The notes under the pieces were generated by a model. That model did no database searches and had not been told where the DNA came from. It saw only the letters and a program-made list of their open reading frames with translations. The position numbers and the translations under genes are program-made. A DNA stretch of 63,901 bases, counting the filler, from Chiloscyllium plagiosum (taxonomy: Eukaryota): NCBI RefSeq assembly GCF_004010195.1. It is 5 parts of one record of this genome, joined end to end, with 100 filler letters (N's around TTAATTAATTAA, not from the genome) between each part and the next. Parts side by side here need not be neighbours in the genome. Positions count along the whole stretch, not along the records: positions 31,104 to 45,307 come from NC_057710.1; positions 45,408 to 60,885 come from NC_057710.1; 3 more parts are not named here. One strand, 5' to 3'. Within the stretch, counting starts at the first letter, position 1; each line of letters opens with the position of its first letter. This document shows positions 36,901 to 48,460 of this stretch, in pieces.

Positions 36901-37868
36901 TTTCTTTTATTTGTTTTGCTGTCCTGTACTTTTATTCCCCCCACTTCATTTGTCCTGTTTTACTTTATTTGTTATTGTTTTTGTTCCTTCACTGGGTTTT
37001 GATGATTTGTGACTATACCTTTAAGAAATATGGACCTGCAACAATGGGCTTCAGCCACTACATAATTTTCATGGCCAATAAAGAATTATATTATCATGGT
37101 GCTTCCCTCAACTTCTGTTTCAAATGTGGAGACAAGATGGTGAAACCAACCAACTTCTGCACACAGGTAGGCTTTCTTCAACCAGAACACCACTTTACAG
37201 TGCTTTAAAAACTGTATTTATTATAAGAAGTCTTTTGATAGCTTTTTTTTAACAGTTAGGTATGAATGTAAGCTGCTGGGATTTTTTTAAGAAAGGTGAA
37301 TGCTAGGGTTTGGAACTTCAGTGACAGAAAGAAAGTACCTCTGCCCTCTGGCTGTTTATTTTATAGACTTTTGCCCACAGAAATTTCTATTGTTAGTTTT
37401 CCAAATGCTTTGAATCCAGGCCTGTCATTTAACTGATCCTCAGTGAGGTTGGCAAGTCTCTGCCACCAACTGGACTCTTTTTTTAAGCAGTCATTGTTTC
37501 TGCTGTATGTTACCACCATGATCTGCAACCAGGATGTGGGCTTTTTATCCATCAGGATATTTGTACCTGATGAGATGAAACCTATGTTTGCTCACATTAA
37601 AACAAAATTAGACATTGAACACAGTGACAAAAGATTTAACATATGTTTGTTGCAATTCCTGGTGTATATATACATATATTACAGTCACAGCTACTTCAGC
37701 ATCTGAATTAATATTAAGTTTGCTAGTTATAATCAGTAAGCATGTCATGCTTTAAGTGGTCCCAGTAAAGATGGAGTATGAAACCTTTAAACCCTCTGGT
37801 AACACGTAATGATACTATGATCATGTACCTTAAAGGTAAACTACTTACTAACTGAGGTATATAAAACA
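33905..37868 (-). mobile_element. Highly decayed Gypsy-type LTR retrotransposon
   Basis: Integrase-like GVTHITSSLHYSNSN (ORF 34441-34947) and YWPG (~35222-35233); PPT ggaaagaggagga followed by TGTTAC at 34091; similar LTR-like blocks 33983-34091 and 37768-37868; PBS-like tggtggcagag at 37458-37468. Confidence 0.6.
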
Positions 37869-38966
37869 AAAATTGTGTCATTATCTAGCCCCTGTGGAAA
37901 TTCACAGCTTGTACATTAGAAGATCTACATCCTCCCTCAGGTTGGTGATAACCACATTAAAATACTACTTTACACAGATAGCCATAGAAGCATTTCAGAA
38001 CATCTGCCATAAACTCCTAGCTTGCTCCAAGCATCTGAATACAATGTCCTCATTCCTCTTTGAGTGCCACAACTCAAGGCTTCAGGAGTTCCTCTCGATA
38101 ATATGCAATCTTGAAATGGCATGCTGGCAATTTCCATGATACACAGAGCTACATTGTATGGAACAATTAAATTCCTCTCTATTTTAGATTTAATTTTTAG
38201 CTCCACTTGTGCTCACCCAAATCCCACTGTCCATAAAGATTGCCACTATATGTCATGAATTGCACAACATGAAAACATGCAACCTCCTTCTAAACCTCTG
38301 CCAATTCAATCTGCTTCTGGGAAGTGAATTTGAGTTGCTCTAAAGCGATTTGTGTATTGATTTATTTTCTTCCTAGTTCGAAATTGCTTGGCCTCTATAT
38401 AACATTTCAACTGATGATCACCTTCATTTGGTGACTTATTATGCAGGGCCATGTGGGCACAAGTTTGTATCTCACCACTTGAGGGCACTGTGCCATTAGG
38501 TTATTTCATTTTTTATGTGTAGTCATTAAGTATTCATACAGTCCAGGTTCTGGGACACTTTATACAAAGGAACAGATTTTCTGCTTTGAGGTTGGACATG
38601 AATAGCTCTCTGGACAGTGCAAAGAGAAAACCCCTTGCAAAGCAGTTGAAAGCCTAAACAATCTATTTGAATTAGCTGGCTGGTTTCACTGAACGTTTCC
38701 ACACTGATTCCAATTGGTGTGCCATTTCTACCACGTGGCCTGAGTATAGCAGATCACCAGGGTCATACAAGAGGTCACACTCAGAAACACTAAGACTAAA
38801 GCTGCTGGAAACAATACTTCAAGTCAGTCTCCTCTCAATTACATCAATTACTGGGTGAATTATGTGCATACTCTTGAATCGGTTGACTATGTAAATAGAT
38901 GCCAAAGGAAATGGGGCTTGGTGAAATCAAACCCTGCCACAATATCCACACTTGTCCATTCAGGTT

Positions 38967-39284
38967 TAGAATCATAGAATCTCTATTGTGTGGAATCAGG
39001 CCATTTGACCCAAAAAGTCCACACTGACTCTCTGAAGAGTATCCCGGCCAGATCCATTCCACTACCCTATTACTCTACATTTCTCCTGACTAATGCACCT
39101 AACCTACACATTCCTGGATATTATGGGCAACTTACCTAACCTACTCATCTTTGGACTGTGGGAGAAAGCCAGAGCACTCGGTGGAAACCCACACAGACAT
39201 GGGGAGAATGTGCAACCTCCACACAGACTGAGGATGGAATCGAACCAGAGTCCCTAGCTCTCTCTCTCTAACCACTGAGCCACC
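38967..39284 (-). mobile_element. HE1/V-SINE-type SINE, diverged
   Basis: B-box ggttcgattcc, V core, CR1-like tail. Confidence 0.85.
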
Positions 39285-39309
39285 AGGCCAGCCTGAATCA
39301 TTTGCTGTT

Positions 39310-40127
39310 CATAAAGAACAAAGAACAACAAAGAAAATTTACTGCCCAGGAACAGACCCTTCGGCCCTCCAAGCCTGAGCTGATCCAAATGTTCTATCTA
39401 AACCTGTTGCCCAATTCCTAAGGATCTATATCCCTCTACTCCCCACCTACTCATGCATCTATCCAGACGCATCTTAAATGAATCCACCGTGCCTGCCTCT
39501 ACCACCTCTGCTGGCAACACATTCCAGACACCCGCTACCCTCTTTGTGAAGTACTTGCCACGTGCATCCCCCTTAAACTTTCCACCTCTCACCTTGAAAC
39601 CGTGACCTCTCGTTATGGAATCCTTCACGCTGGGAAAAAGCTTGTCTCTATCCACCCTGTCTATACCCTTCATGATTTTGTAAACCNNNNNNNNNNNNNN
39701 CTTCAGGGTACAATGGACCTGCACTCCCAGATCTCTCTGCCCATCAACTTTTCCTAAGACTCTTCCATTCATTGTATAATTCACTCTAGAATTAGACTTG
39801 CCTAAATACATCACCTCACATTTGTCTGGATTGAAGTCCATCTGCCATTTTTCCGCCCAACTCTCCAGTCTACCTATAACCTCCTGTATTCTTTGACAGT
39901 CCCTTATGCTTTCTGCTACTCCACCAATCTTCATTTCATCTGCAAACTTGCTGATCATACCAACAGTGCCCTCTTCCAGATCATTTATGTATATTACAAA
40001 CAACAGTGACCCCAACACTGACCCCTGCGGAACACCACTGGTCACCTTTCTCCATTTTAACTACTACTCTGTGTCTCCTGTTGCTCAACCAGTTCTTTAT
40101 CCACCTAGCTAGAACACCTTGCACACC
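39310..40127 (-). mobile_element. CR1 RT C-terminal fragment spanning a 14-N gap (39687-39700)
   Basis: SGVPQGSVLG...KFADE...WQMDFNPDKC (ORF 39398-40045). Confidence 0.93.
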
Positions 40128-40268
40128 ATAAATTGAAAAATAAATCCTAAAAGAAATAACAAATTCACACCTTTGCACCCAGTTTATGTCAACAAGCCAC
40201 ATTCTGTTGGTTGTGACTGCCTCATAGAAGTAGGATTTATTTCCCTAAAATCCGCCATAGGTATATGG

Positions 40269-40615
40269 TGGGAGGTGACAGCCTAGTGGCATTATTTATG
40301 GACCGTTAATCCAGAGACCCAGCTAACGTTTGGGGACCAGGGTTCAAATCCTGCCATGGCAGATGATAGAACTTGAATCCAATAAAAATCTAGAATTGAG
40401 AGATTAATGATGACCATAAAACTATTGTTGGGAAAAACCCATCTGGTCCCCTTTAGAGAAGGAAATCTATTATCCTTACCTGGTCTGGCCTACATGTGAC
40501 TCCAGACCCACAGCAATGTGGTAGACTCCAAACTGCCCTCTGGGCAACTATCAATGGGCAATAAATGTTGGCCTAGCCAGTGATGTCCTCATCCCATGAA
40601 TTAATATGAAAAAAG
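40269..40615 (+). mobile_element. SacSINE1/DeuSINE-type SINE
   Basis: B-box ggttcaaatcc; core tggtctggcctacatgtgactccagacccacagcaatgtgg; tail gggcaataaatgttggcc. Confidence 0.75.
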
Positions 40616-40649
40616 TATCAATGGAACATTAGTGCATTATAGCCAGGTT

Positions 40650-41065
40650 GTGGTAAAAAGACAACACAGCTGCAAACTCAGTTAATTCTGTTTGAGAATC
40701 CAGATGAAGATTTTGCTGGTAGGGAAGAAGTTTGATAGTGCCCACACCATAAGGTTTGGGGATTTGGGAACCCTGCCAGGAAGCGTGTGTTTAAAATCAA
40801 GCATCATGAAAGTGTTCAGCACCTGCTTGATATAGAGTTGTAGCCTGACAATTCCTCTGGGGAACTGATGGGCTGGGTCACCAGCCTACTTGTTGAATCG
40901 ACATATTACAGCGTCCAACAGCTAATGTCTTACCTTCCATGGCAGCACAAGCAGCAGCGACCAACATCTCAGCAGCATAACACAAGTTCAGACTTCAGTC
41001 ATCATGGCTCTGGGTACTAGTGTTCAGAAAGTGTTCTTTCACATCACAGCTGTCCAGCAATGTTT
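40650..41065 (-). mobile_element. Possible ancient RTE-X-like LINE remnant
   Basis: Weak LCYAAE motif resembling the post-RT ALxYSxAEY; heavily decayed. Confidence 0.3.
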
Positions 41066-41069
41066 TTCA

Positions 41070-41382
41070 TTAGATTAGATTAGATTACAGTGTGGAAACA
41101 GGCCCTTCGGCCCAACAAGTCCACACCGACCCGCCGAAGCGCAACCCACCCATACCCCTACATTTACCCCTTACCTAACACTACGGGCAATTTAGCATGG
41201 CCAATTCACCTGACCTGCACATCTTTGGACTGTGGGAGGAAACTGGAGCACCTGGAGGAAACCCACGCAGACACGGGGAGAACATGCAAACTCCACACAG
41301 TCAGTCGCCTGAGATGGGAATTGAACCCGGGTGTCAGGCGCTGTGAGGCACCAGTGCTAACCACTGTGCCACCGTGCCGCCC
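41070..41382 (-). mobile_element. HE1/V-SINE-type SINE, full length
   Basis: Starts gggcggcacggtggcacagtggttagc; (aatct)n tail. Confidence 0.93.
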
Positions 41383-41537
41383 AGAGTACAGAGTACTAAA
41401 GTTGCTATTGAAAATACAGAAACCTATACAATTTTGTCAGCCAGAGTGATAAAACCAGAAATTAATCGTAGCTAGTTGATGATCCCTTCAAGTAATCCTG
41501 ATGAAGGGGCAGATAGTTGTCCCTCATGCTTCTTAAA

Positions 41538-41889
41538 GTCATAGAGTCATAGAGATGTACAGCATGGAAACAGACCATTCAGTCCAACTTGTCAATGCTG
41601 ACCAGATACCCAACCCAATCTAGTCCCACCTGCCAGCACCCAGCCTATATCCCTCCAAATTCTTCCTATTCATATACCCATCCAGATGCCTTTAAAACGT
41701 TGCAATTTTAGTAGCATCCACCACTTCCTCTGGCAGCTCATTACATACTGTACCACCCTCTGCATGAAAAAGTTGCCCCTTAGGTCTCTTTTATATCTTT
41801 CCCCCTCACCCTAAACCTATGCCCTCTAGTTCTGGACTCCCCCACCCTAGAGAAGAGACTTTGTCTATTTATCCTATCCATGCCCCTCT
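41538..41889 (-). mobile_element. CR1 3' fragment
   Basis: Same family as 13531-14057 and 31104-31733. Confidence 0.9.
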
Positions 41890-42159
41890 TAATGCCACCT
41901 TTAGTTGTGGAAGGATGAGACAGAGAGTAAACTGGTGTGTGGAGATTGAAAACGATAGAACAGGTATCAAATCAACTTTATTAATTGGTGTCATGGTCTG
42001 CCTGTCCTGCCAACTGCCAGAGATGAGAGAGATGTGTTGTGTGTGCTACATTAAGTCAAGTAGAAATCTTACCACACCCATATACAAGAAGATGCATGCA
42101 AAATTTATAAGTCAATGACAGGCACACAATACATCAGATTGGCAAGAGCTTGACTATAC

Positions 42160-42262
42160 CCAAAATGTCAACATTTCCACCTCCTGAGGCTGCCTGGCTT
42201 GCTGTGTTCTTTCAATCTCCTGCCTGTCTATTTTGGATTCCAGCACCTGCAGTTTTTTTGTC
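42160..42262 (+). mobile_element. Penelope-type pLTR 3' fragment (hammerhead mostly lost)
   Basis: cccaaaatgtcaac (decayed cccGAAAcgUC) followed by gctgcctggcttgctg...ccagcacctgcagtt. Confidence 0.5.
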
Positions 42263-45149
42263 TCTAGCACAATACATCAGGAGCATATTTGTGCACAGAG
42301 ACACCATTTTGGAATTGTAGGGTGTGAGCAGATCCAAATTCACTTTTACTAAAATCTTCCCATAAATACACCTCTCCAGCTTACATATTAAAATTCTGTT
42401 GAGGCTGTCAGACTGCATGACTCTTGCCTGTTCACCTTAACAATCTCGAAGATATATTTGTGACAAAAACAAAGGCCTCGCACATTTATCACCTTGTTAG
42501 TACCCTAGGATACATGCAGTCTGGATAATGGTATTGGTTAAACTAGGGACACTTTTGATCTTCTGAGGTCATGAAAAACAGCATGTTATGAATAAATTGC
42601 AAGTTTTGAAACAAATCTCTCTCCCTAATCTCACCACCTGTTTGTAAGCAGATTGTTAGTATTGTTTCCTGTTTTTAAATAGTGGTGGTATATTTCCCCA
42701 CTCTCTCTGTTTGTGGACTTTGATTTTGTAAGGACTGCAATAATACTGTTACAGTTAACCAGTGTGTGTGCGTGTGAGAGAGAGAATGAGTGAGTGAGTG
42801 AGAGACAAGGGCAGACCAAATTGAAAAAGACAAAGAGTTTATTAAATTTGCAACAGCTTGAGTACAAAACTGAGCTTTAACACTTTATCAATGTCCTTCC
42901 TTATAACTGGAGTCCAAAGGTTGTAGCTTAGAGTTAGCAGTCTGAAATTCATTTTTGGAGCAGTTAATTCCATCCACAGTTTGAAAGTCCATTAACTGAG
43001 TATGGACCTGCTGTTGACATGGGAAAATCTGGCCCTCAGGAAAATATATATCTTGCATATTTAATATTCCAGTTTTCAAAGATTTTCAAAATTTGCTCAT
43101 GCTGATATTTCAAGAATTCGTTTTACTTTAGGATGCCTATCAATTGAGAATTCATTTATTTTGGTGTTGAGACATCATAGTGGCCAAATATTGAACTCCA
43201 ACTGATTAAGTACAGGTCCTGCAATGCAGAGACTTAAAGGGCTTTAACACAAAAGGTTGAATCAATATAGTTAAACTGAAAGCTTTTAATTATTTGACAG
43301 CATAACCTAAAATATATTTCATGGTTTTCCAACTGGTTGGCACAAACTTAAGGATAAGTTTGCATTATTTTAGTAAATATTTGGGCTATTCTGGGGTAGA
43401 TTTTTAACTTGCTGCTCGGGTATTAAACTGGTTTTGAGGGCAATTTAATATAAACAGGTCAGTTCTGCTTTCTAATACGTTCAATGGGAAAGAAAGCTGG
43501 GTGAGTCTTGTTACTGATGACCAATCAACAATGCTAATTTCATGCTCTGGGTGTCGAGTTAATATTCTACTGCCATGCTTTTCAAGCTTTGTGTTGCACT
43601 ATTCTAGCTGTTACTGATTTCAGATTGATGGCTTTAAAATATAAATGTTTAGATTGGCTTCCTTTGTGTGGTTTGTGAATTTGTATAGTTTGTGGTTCCT
43701 TATTGAAAAGCAAAATAGGACTGCTAGCTAAACTTCATGGTAGTTAAACTCAACACTACTTTAAAAAATGCAACAGAGTTAAGTGTGATGAATATCCGAC
43801 AGCCTGTTCCTTAAGCCTGATCTTCCAATGATATCAATTGATGTGATCACAGATCCACAGGTTTTGAGATATTCAACTATTCCTATGTACGCTATCATAA
43901 CTACATTTACAGATGAGGTTTGAACATACATAACATTTTTGCCCTGACATTTTGACACCATTATAAATTTGGAGCTTTGTTTTACAGAAGTACATAATTT
44001 GCCATGGAAACCAAGTGTTTGATTTGCAGCACTCTGCACATTTCTTCCATTCCCTTAACTAGAGGGAATATTCAAATGGGTTCCTTTGTATGCTTCAATT
44101 TGCACCAAATGTTTTGATATTGATTGTATCCAAACATGAAAACCTCCTCTAATAGGCATAGAATTGTCAGACTAGCAAGTCTGGACTGCTATGAAAAGTT
44201 GAACTGACCTGAAGGGTCAATTGTCTGAAGTATCTTTCCATGTAGTGAGGCTAGATTTGTTGTGGAATCTCACAATATCAAAGCTTACAGCTCAGGACAT
44301 GTGGTTGTTTTTGTTGCCAATTCCAAATGATCCTGAATATCTAAGCCAACCATTATTCCTCTGCCATCATCTTTGATTTTCCAACCTACCTTATCCTTCA
44401 CATTGAATTCAATCACATCCCCTGCAATCATGATTTTGTTCTTTGCATATGCTTCAGACTGCAGTATCATGTTCTTAGGCTTCTAGCTTTAAGGTAAAGA
44501 CACTTTTATCTTGTTTCTTATTTTTACCTTTGTCATTGTATATTTATATTTCATTGTACTTAAATGTTTGCTTTATTATTTGATTTCCTATTTCCCATTG
44601 ACCATCTTCCAAGATCTGTTTGTTTATGTTTGAAGTGTGATTCCCCTATCCCCATAATATCCAGTTCAAACTAGATAATATTTCCCTCTACACGATTAGC
44701 CAGGGTCCTCAGGGTACAATTTTTTGATGATGTGTGCTCAGCTGGTTTTGCTTATAGGAATGACATGTTGAGAAGTTAAACATATCATTTCCATTCATAA
44801 GTGGGCAGGAAAGCATAGGCTGTGCAGGGGGCATACCAATGGGAACACTTATCCATATGTTTCTTATCCCCCTAATATGTTAATCTAGCTCTTTCGTGCC
44901 TCACCCTTCAGCAAAATGATTAGTCCATGGGAATTGCAAGATTTATCAGTCACATAGAAATATGAAACTTGGTTGATGAGAAAAGACCCAAGGCCCAGCT
45001 AATTTGTTTTCCCACATCCTGGTACTGACGCAATACAATAGTGGAGTTTCTGACAATCGAACAACCTCTCTCAATTAACTTACACAGCACTCAAACATTT
45101 GGCAAGGTAACTTCAGATGGGGAAACATTTTGGGAACAAAATGTTTCCC

Positions 45150-45307
45150 CAGACAGGATCTGAGGAGCATAAGTTGGGAGCATAGGCTGTCAGGGAAGGA
45201 TGTCGTGGAAATGTGGAACTTTTTCAAGGAACAGATACGACGTGTCCTTGATATGTATGTACCTGTCAGGCAGGAAAGAGATGGTCGTGTGAGGGAACCT
45301 TGGTTGA
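45150..45307 (+). mobile_element. CR1 ORF2 linker fragment, truncated by gap
   Basis: RQDLRSISWEHRLSGKDVVEMWNFFKEQI...YVPVRQ...REPWL. Confidence 0.85.
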
Positions 45308-45407
45308 NNNNNNNNNNNNNNNNNNNNNNNNNNNNNNNNNNNNNNNNNNNNTTAATTAATTAANNNNNNNNNNNNNNNNNNNNNNNNNNNNNNNNNNNNN
45401 NNNNNNN
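45308..45407. other. Scaffold gap with artificial linker
   Basis: N44-TTAATTAATTAA-N44. Confidence 0.97.
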
Positions 45408-45830
45408 ATGAGCCTAAGGTCTTCGAGTTCTTTCGTCAGCGCTGCAATATGCTCGGTCAATAGCTGAATGTGCACACACTTTCCACACATGTACGAGCCA
45501 GACACTCCAGAGTCGTTGACCTCCCACATCAAGCACGTAGCGCACTGAACCAGCTGGGCAGTCAGGTCTTCACTCTCTTCAACTGTGGTGTAATCACTTC
45601 ACTCAACCTCCTTGTCAAAGACTCCTGAGCTGAAGCCTCAATCTTTAATCCAATCTACCTTAGACCCTCTTTTTGTGGCAAGTCTGTGGACTTTTAATTT
45701 AGGTTAGAGGAGGAGGGAGGGAGGGAGACCCTACTTTGTAGGACCTGGGGTTTAGAACACACCCACTCTAATAGCAATCACTTACCTTCCGCCTGAAGTT
45801 CCGCCCAGCTCCTGCCGCTCTCTGCTGCAA
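45408..45830 (-). mobile_element. CR1 5' end: 5' UTR plus ORF1 zinc finger/coiled coil
   Basis: Minus translation LVQCATCLMWEVNDSGVSGSYMCGKCVHIQLLTEHIAALTKELEDLRL; UTR shared with 16511-16606. Confidence 0.85.
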
Positions 45831-46878
45831 AAAAACTATGTGCAAATGTTGCTCATACTGACTGAAAACCTGCTGCATTCTTACCAACTTTGCCTGAAAA
45901 GCACATCAGCAACATGGTGTTGATTGCATGTTGGAAAAATCAGTAACAAAAGTAATAATTGGATATTTACGTATACACACACACACACTCAGACCACTAT
46001 GTGTTGTTTGCGCATTTTCCCTTCTGGGTGCAAACAAGAAAGTACTGACCAGATGCTGTTGCATGGAGTTTGAGTGTAGACTTGGTTCTATTAAATGAGT
46101 CTCCCATCTATGAGCTCGCCATGGTTCTTCAATGGCTGCCGAAGGGGCAGGGACTGTTGAGTTGGCATAGATATGCTGCCAGGATACCAGACTTCTGGCA
46201 AGTCTTCAACTTAAAGTAATTGGGATGTCTTCTCAGGACTTACGCCTCATTGTTCTTCAACCTTACCCCATGCTCTTTCAGTTCTTCTGAGGAAACACAA
46301 TCTACTCTAGGTTGATGTCTTCACCTCAGTCATTGTGTTTTAGTGAGGGTTCATCTGCTCAGAGTGGTTCATACCAGACCGCGAGGTGTTTTTTCAAACA
46401 ATATTTCTTTACACTGTATTCATGGAAACTTGCAGCAGGCTTGTCTGCCTGAACTGTTCTCAGTCTCAATTGCCTGACTACTGATGTCAGTTCTATCACA
46501 CCATAGCTCATCTACATATTGATTATACCCTAATTGCTAAAGTACCCACCTTTTTTCTATCTTTTCCACTTCCTTTCAGAAAAAGCTAAAACAGTCTGCA
46601 ACTGTTCCACTCTCAGACAGCTTAAATGGCAATGACTGAGTACACAGTTGTTTGTAACAGTGTAGATTTTTTTTCAGAGATGCCGCTCATAATGATTCCT
46701 GGCATGTCATAATATAAAAGAAATTCACAGTAGGCCCCAAGCATCAATTCCTGTCTCCTCTCAACTTCCAGATTTGGTTGATTTCATACACCACTGGAAG
46801 GTATATTACAATAATACCATGTTACTCAACTCACAGATCATGATTCGCAGAATCTCTGACAGTCAGTCATAGTCTTAA

Positions 46879-46966
46879 CCTCTGAAGAAGGGTCTCTGTC
46901 TCTTTCCATTGATGCAGCCACACCTGCTGAGTCTCTCTAGCAGTTTCTGTTCTTGTTTCAGATTTC
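46879..46966 (+). mobile_element. Penelope-type pLTR remnant, hammerhead GAAA half deleted
   Basis: tCTGAAGAagggtc joined to tctgtctctttccattgatgcagccacacctgctgag. Confidence 0.55.
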
Positions 46967-47537
46967 ATTCTCTGTTCCTCATATAATGCTTGTGTTCCTC
47001 TGAGATGTGCATGTACGCTGCTGCATGACTTCCACTTCTGATGCCTAAAATTGTGACTTTTCTTAAATCAAGGAATGAAGTGTGCAGTAAAGTTGCTCAA
47101 CCTTAGGTTTCTTACTGACAGAATGTCAAAACTGAACAAACTAAACTGTGAAATGTAAGGAGAGGGCAGGGACTTAGCACATGTGCAATTTCAATTGCAC
47201 TCAAAGTGAAACTGGGTCTGTCATCCTCCGCGCTAAAAGAAACAAAACACTAAAACCACCTCTCCCAACACCCCCATCCAACTCTCCCCCAAAGTCTGAG
47301 GAAAATAGTATAAAACAATCAAAAACAAAGAAAAATGGTTCTGCCCAGAAATCTTCTCTGCACACCAAAGGACACTAATGGAAGAATTCAACTGGTGATT
47401 TCAAGAATAAAATGTGATGGAACAAATTATCATGTTTGTCTCAAATGTTTTCCTTCAGTAGATATTGATGGGTTGGCGACTAAATTCTTTCAGGTGTTTA
47501 ATTTACAGGGCAGTTGAGTGTTATGGAGATAACTAGT

Positions 47538-47769
47538 GGGCGGCACGGTGGCACAGTGGTTAGCACTGCTGCCTCACAGCGCCAGAGACCTCCTCCCACA
47601 GTCCAAAGATGTGCAGGTCAGGTGAATTGGCCATGCTAAATTGCCCGTAGTGTTAGGTTAAAGGGGTAAATGTAAGGGTATGGGTGGGTTGCGCTTCGGC
47701 GGGTCGGTGTGGACTTGTTGGGCCGAAGGGCCTGTTTCCACTCTGTAAGTAATCTAATCTAATCTAATC
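47538..47769 (+). mobile_element. HE1/V-SINE-type SINE with ~90-bp internal deletion
   Basis: cagagacc|tcctcccacag junction at 47590 removes the B-box and core relative to 41070-41382. Confidence 0.9.
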
Positions 47770-48262
47770 AAAAAACTACTATGTAAAACAATATTAAGAT
47801 GAAAGTCAGATCAAATGATAGCTATTTTTGAGGATTCAAATACAGAAAAATACCTAATCCTATCATCCTACATTTTTAAAGTAAAGGTTTATTTTGACTC
47901 TCATCTATCTCCGTGAGACAATGTTCTCCCAAATGAAGATAACCAAGTCCAGGTGTCAAGCCCGCCTCACAGATGTTGATTTGATGGACTGTGTATGTAT
48001 ACCGCACTTTAACTGTAACCCAGACTTCAAGACACTGCCTGATAAAGTGCATTCACAGTCATCACACTGAGACTTGCTGTGTAGAGGACAAAATGAATAG
48101 TTATATCTACTTTGTTGTAGATTTAGATATTATTTAAGATAAATTGTTAATTCCTCATTTTGGTAAGGTTAGACCTTGGGTTGCACTTCAATTCAAAAGT
48201 GATTTTGCACATAAAAAGGTTAGAGACAGTTGCAATAACACACTTAGTCAAATAAGACAAAT

Positions 48263-48460
48263 AAAGTAGAGTTGCCATAGTCCCAGAAGGCTACTCTCTC
48301 CTTAGAGAGAAATAACTGGTGGTGGTTAACCTGAGGGTCATCACACCTCAGGTCAGGGTGAAAGTTGAGAAAATAAGACTTTCAAGGGTGATCTCAGCTG
48401 ATGTAGGAATTGAAGTCATGCTATTGGCATGAACAAAACAGATTTCCAGCCAACTGCGCT
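48263..48460 (-). mobile_element. tRNA-derived SINE (family of 9880-10073)
   Basis: aacctgagggtcatcacacctcagg hairpin; B-box-like ggaattgaa. Confidence 0.6.

Noticed and set aside
39398..40045. Apparently intact 215-aa RT ORF
   Set aside because: Spans a 14-N gap where comparison with 20597-21360 shows several hundred bp of CR1 are missing
46050..46650. Possible RTE-like remnant (also an RTE-X-like Cys motif region at 50690-51050)
   Set aside because: Motif similarity too weak to support without a profile search
47538..47590. tRNA genes
   Set aside because: All A/B-box hits are SINE heads; no complete cloverleaf
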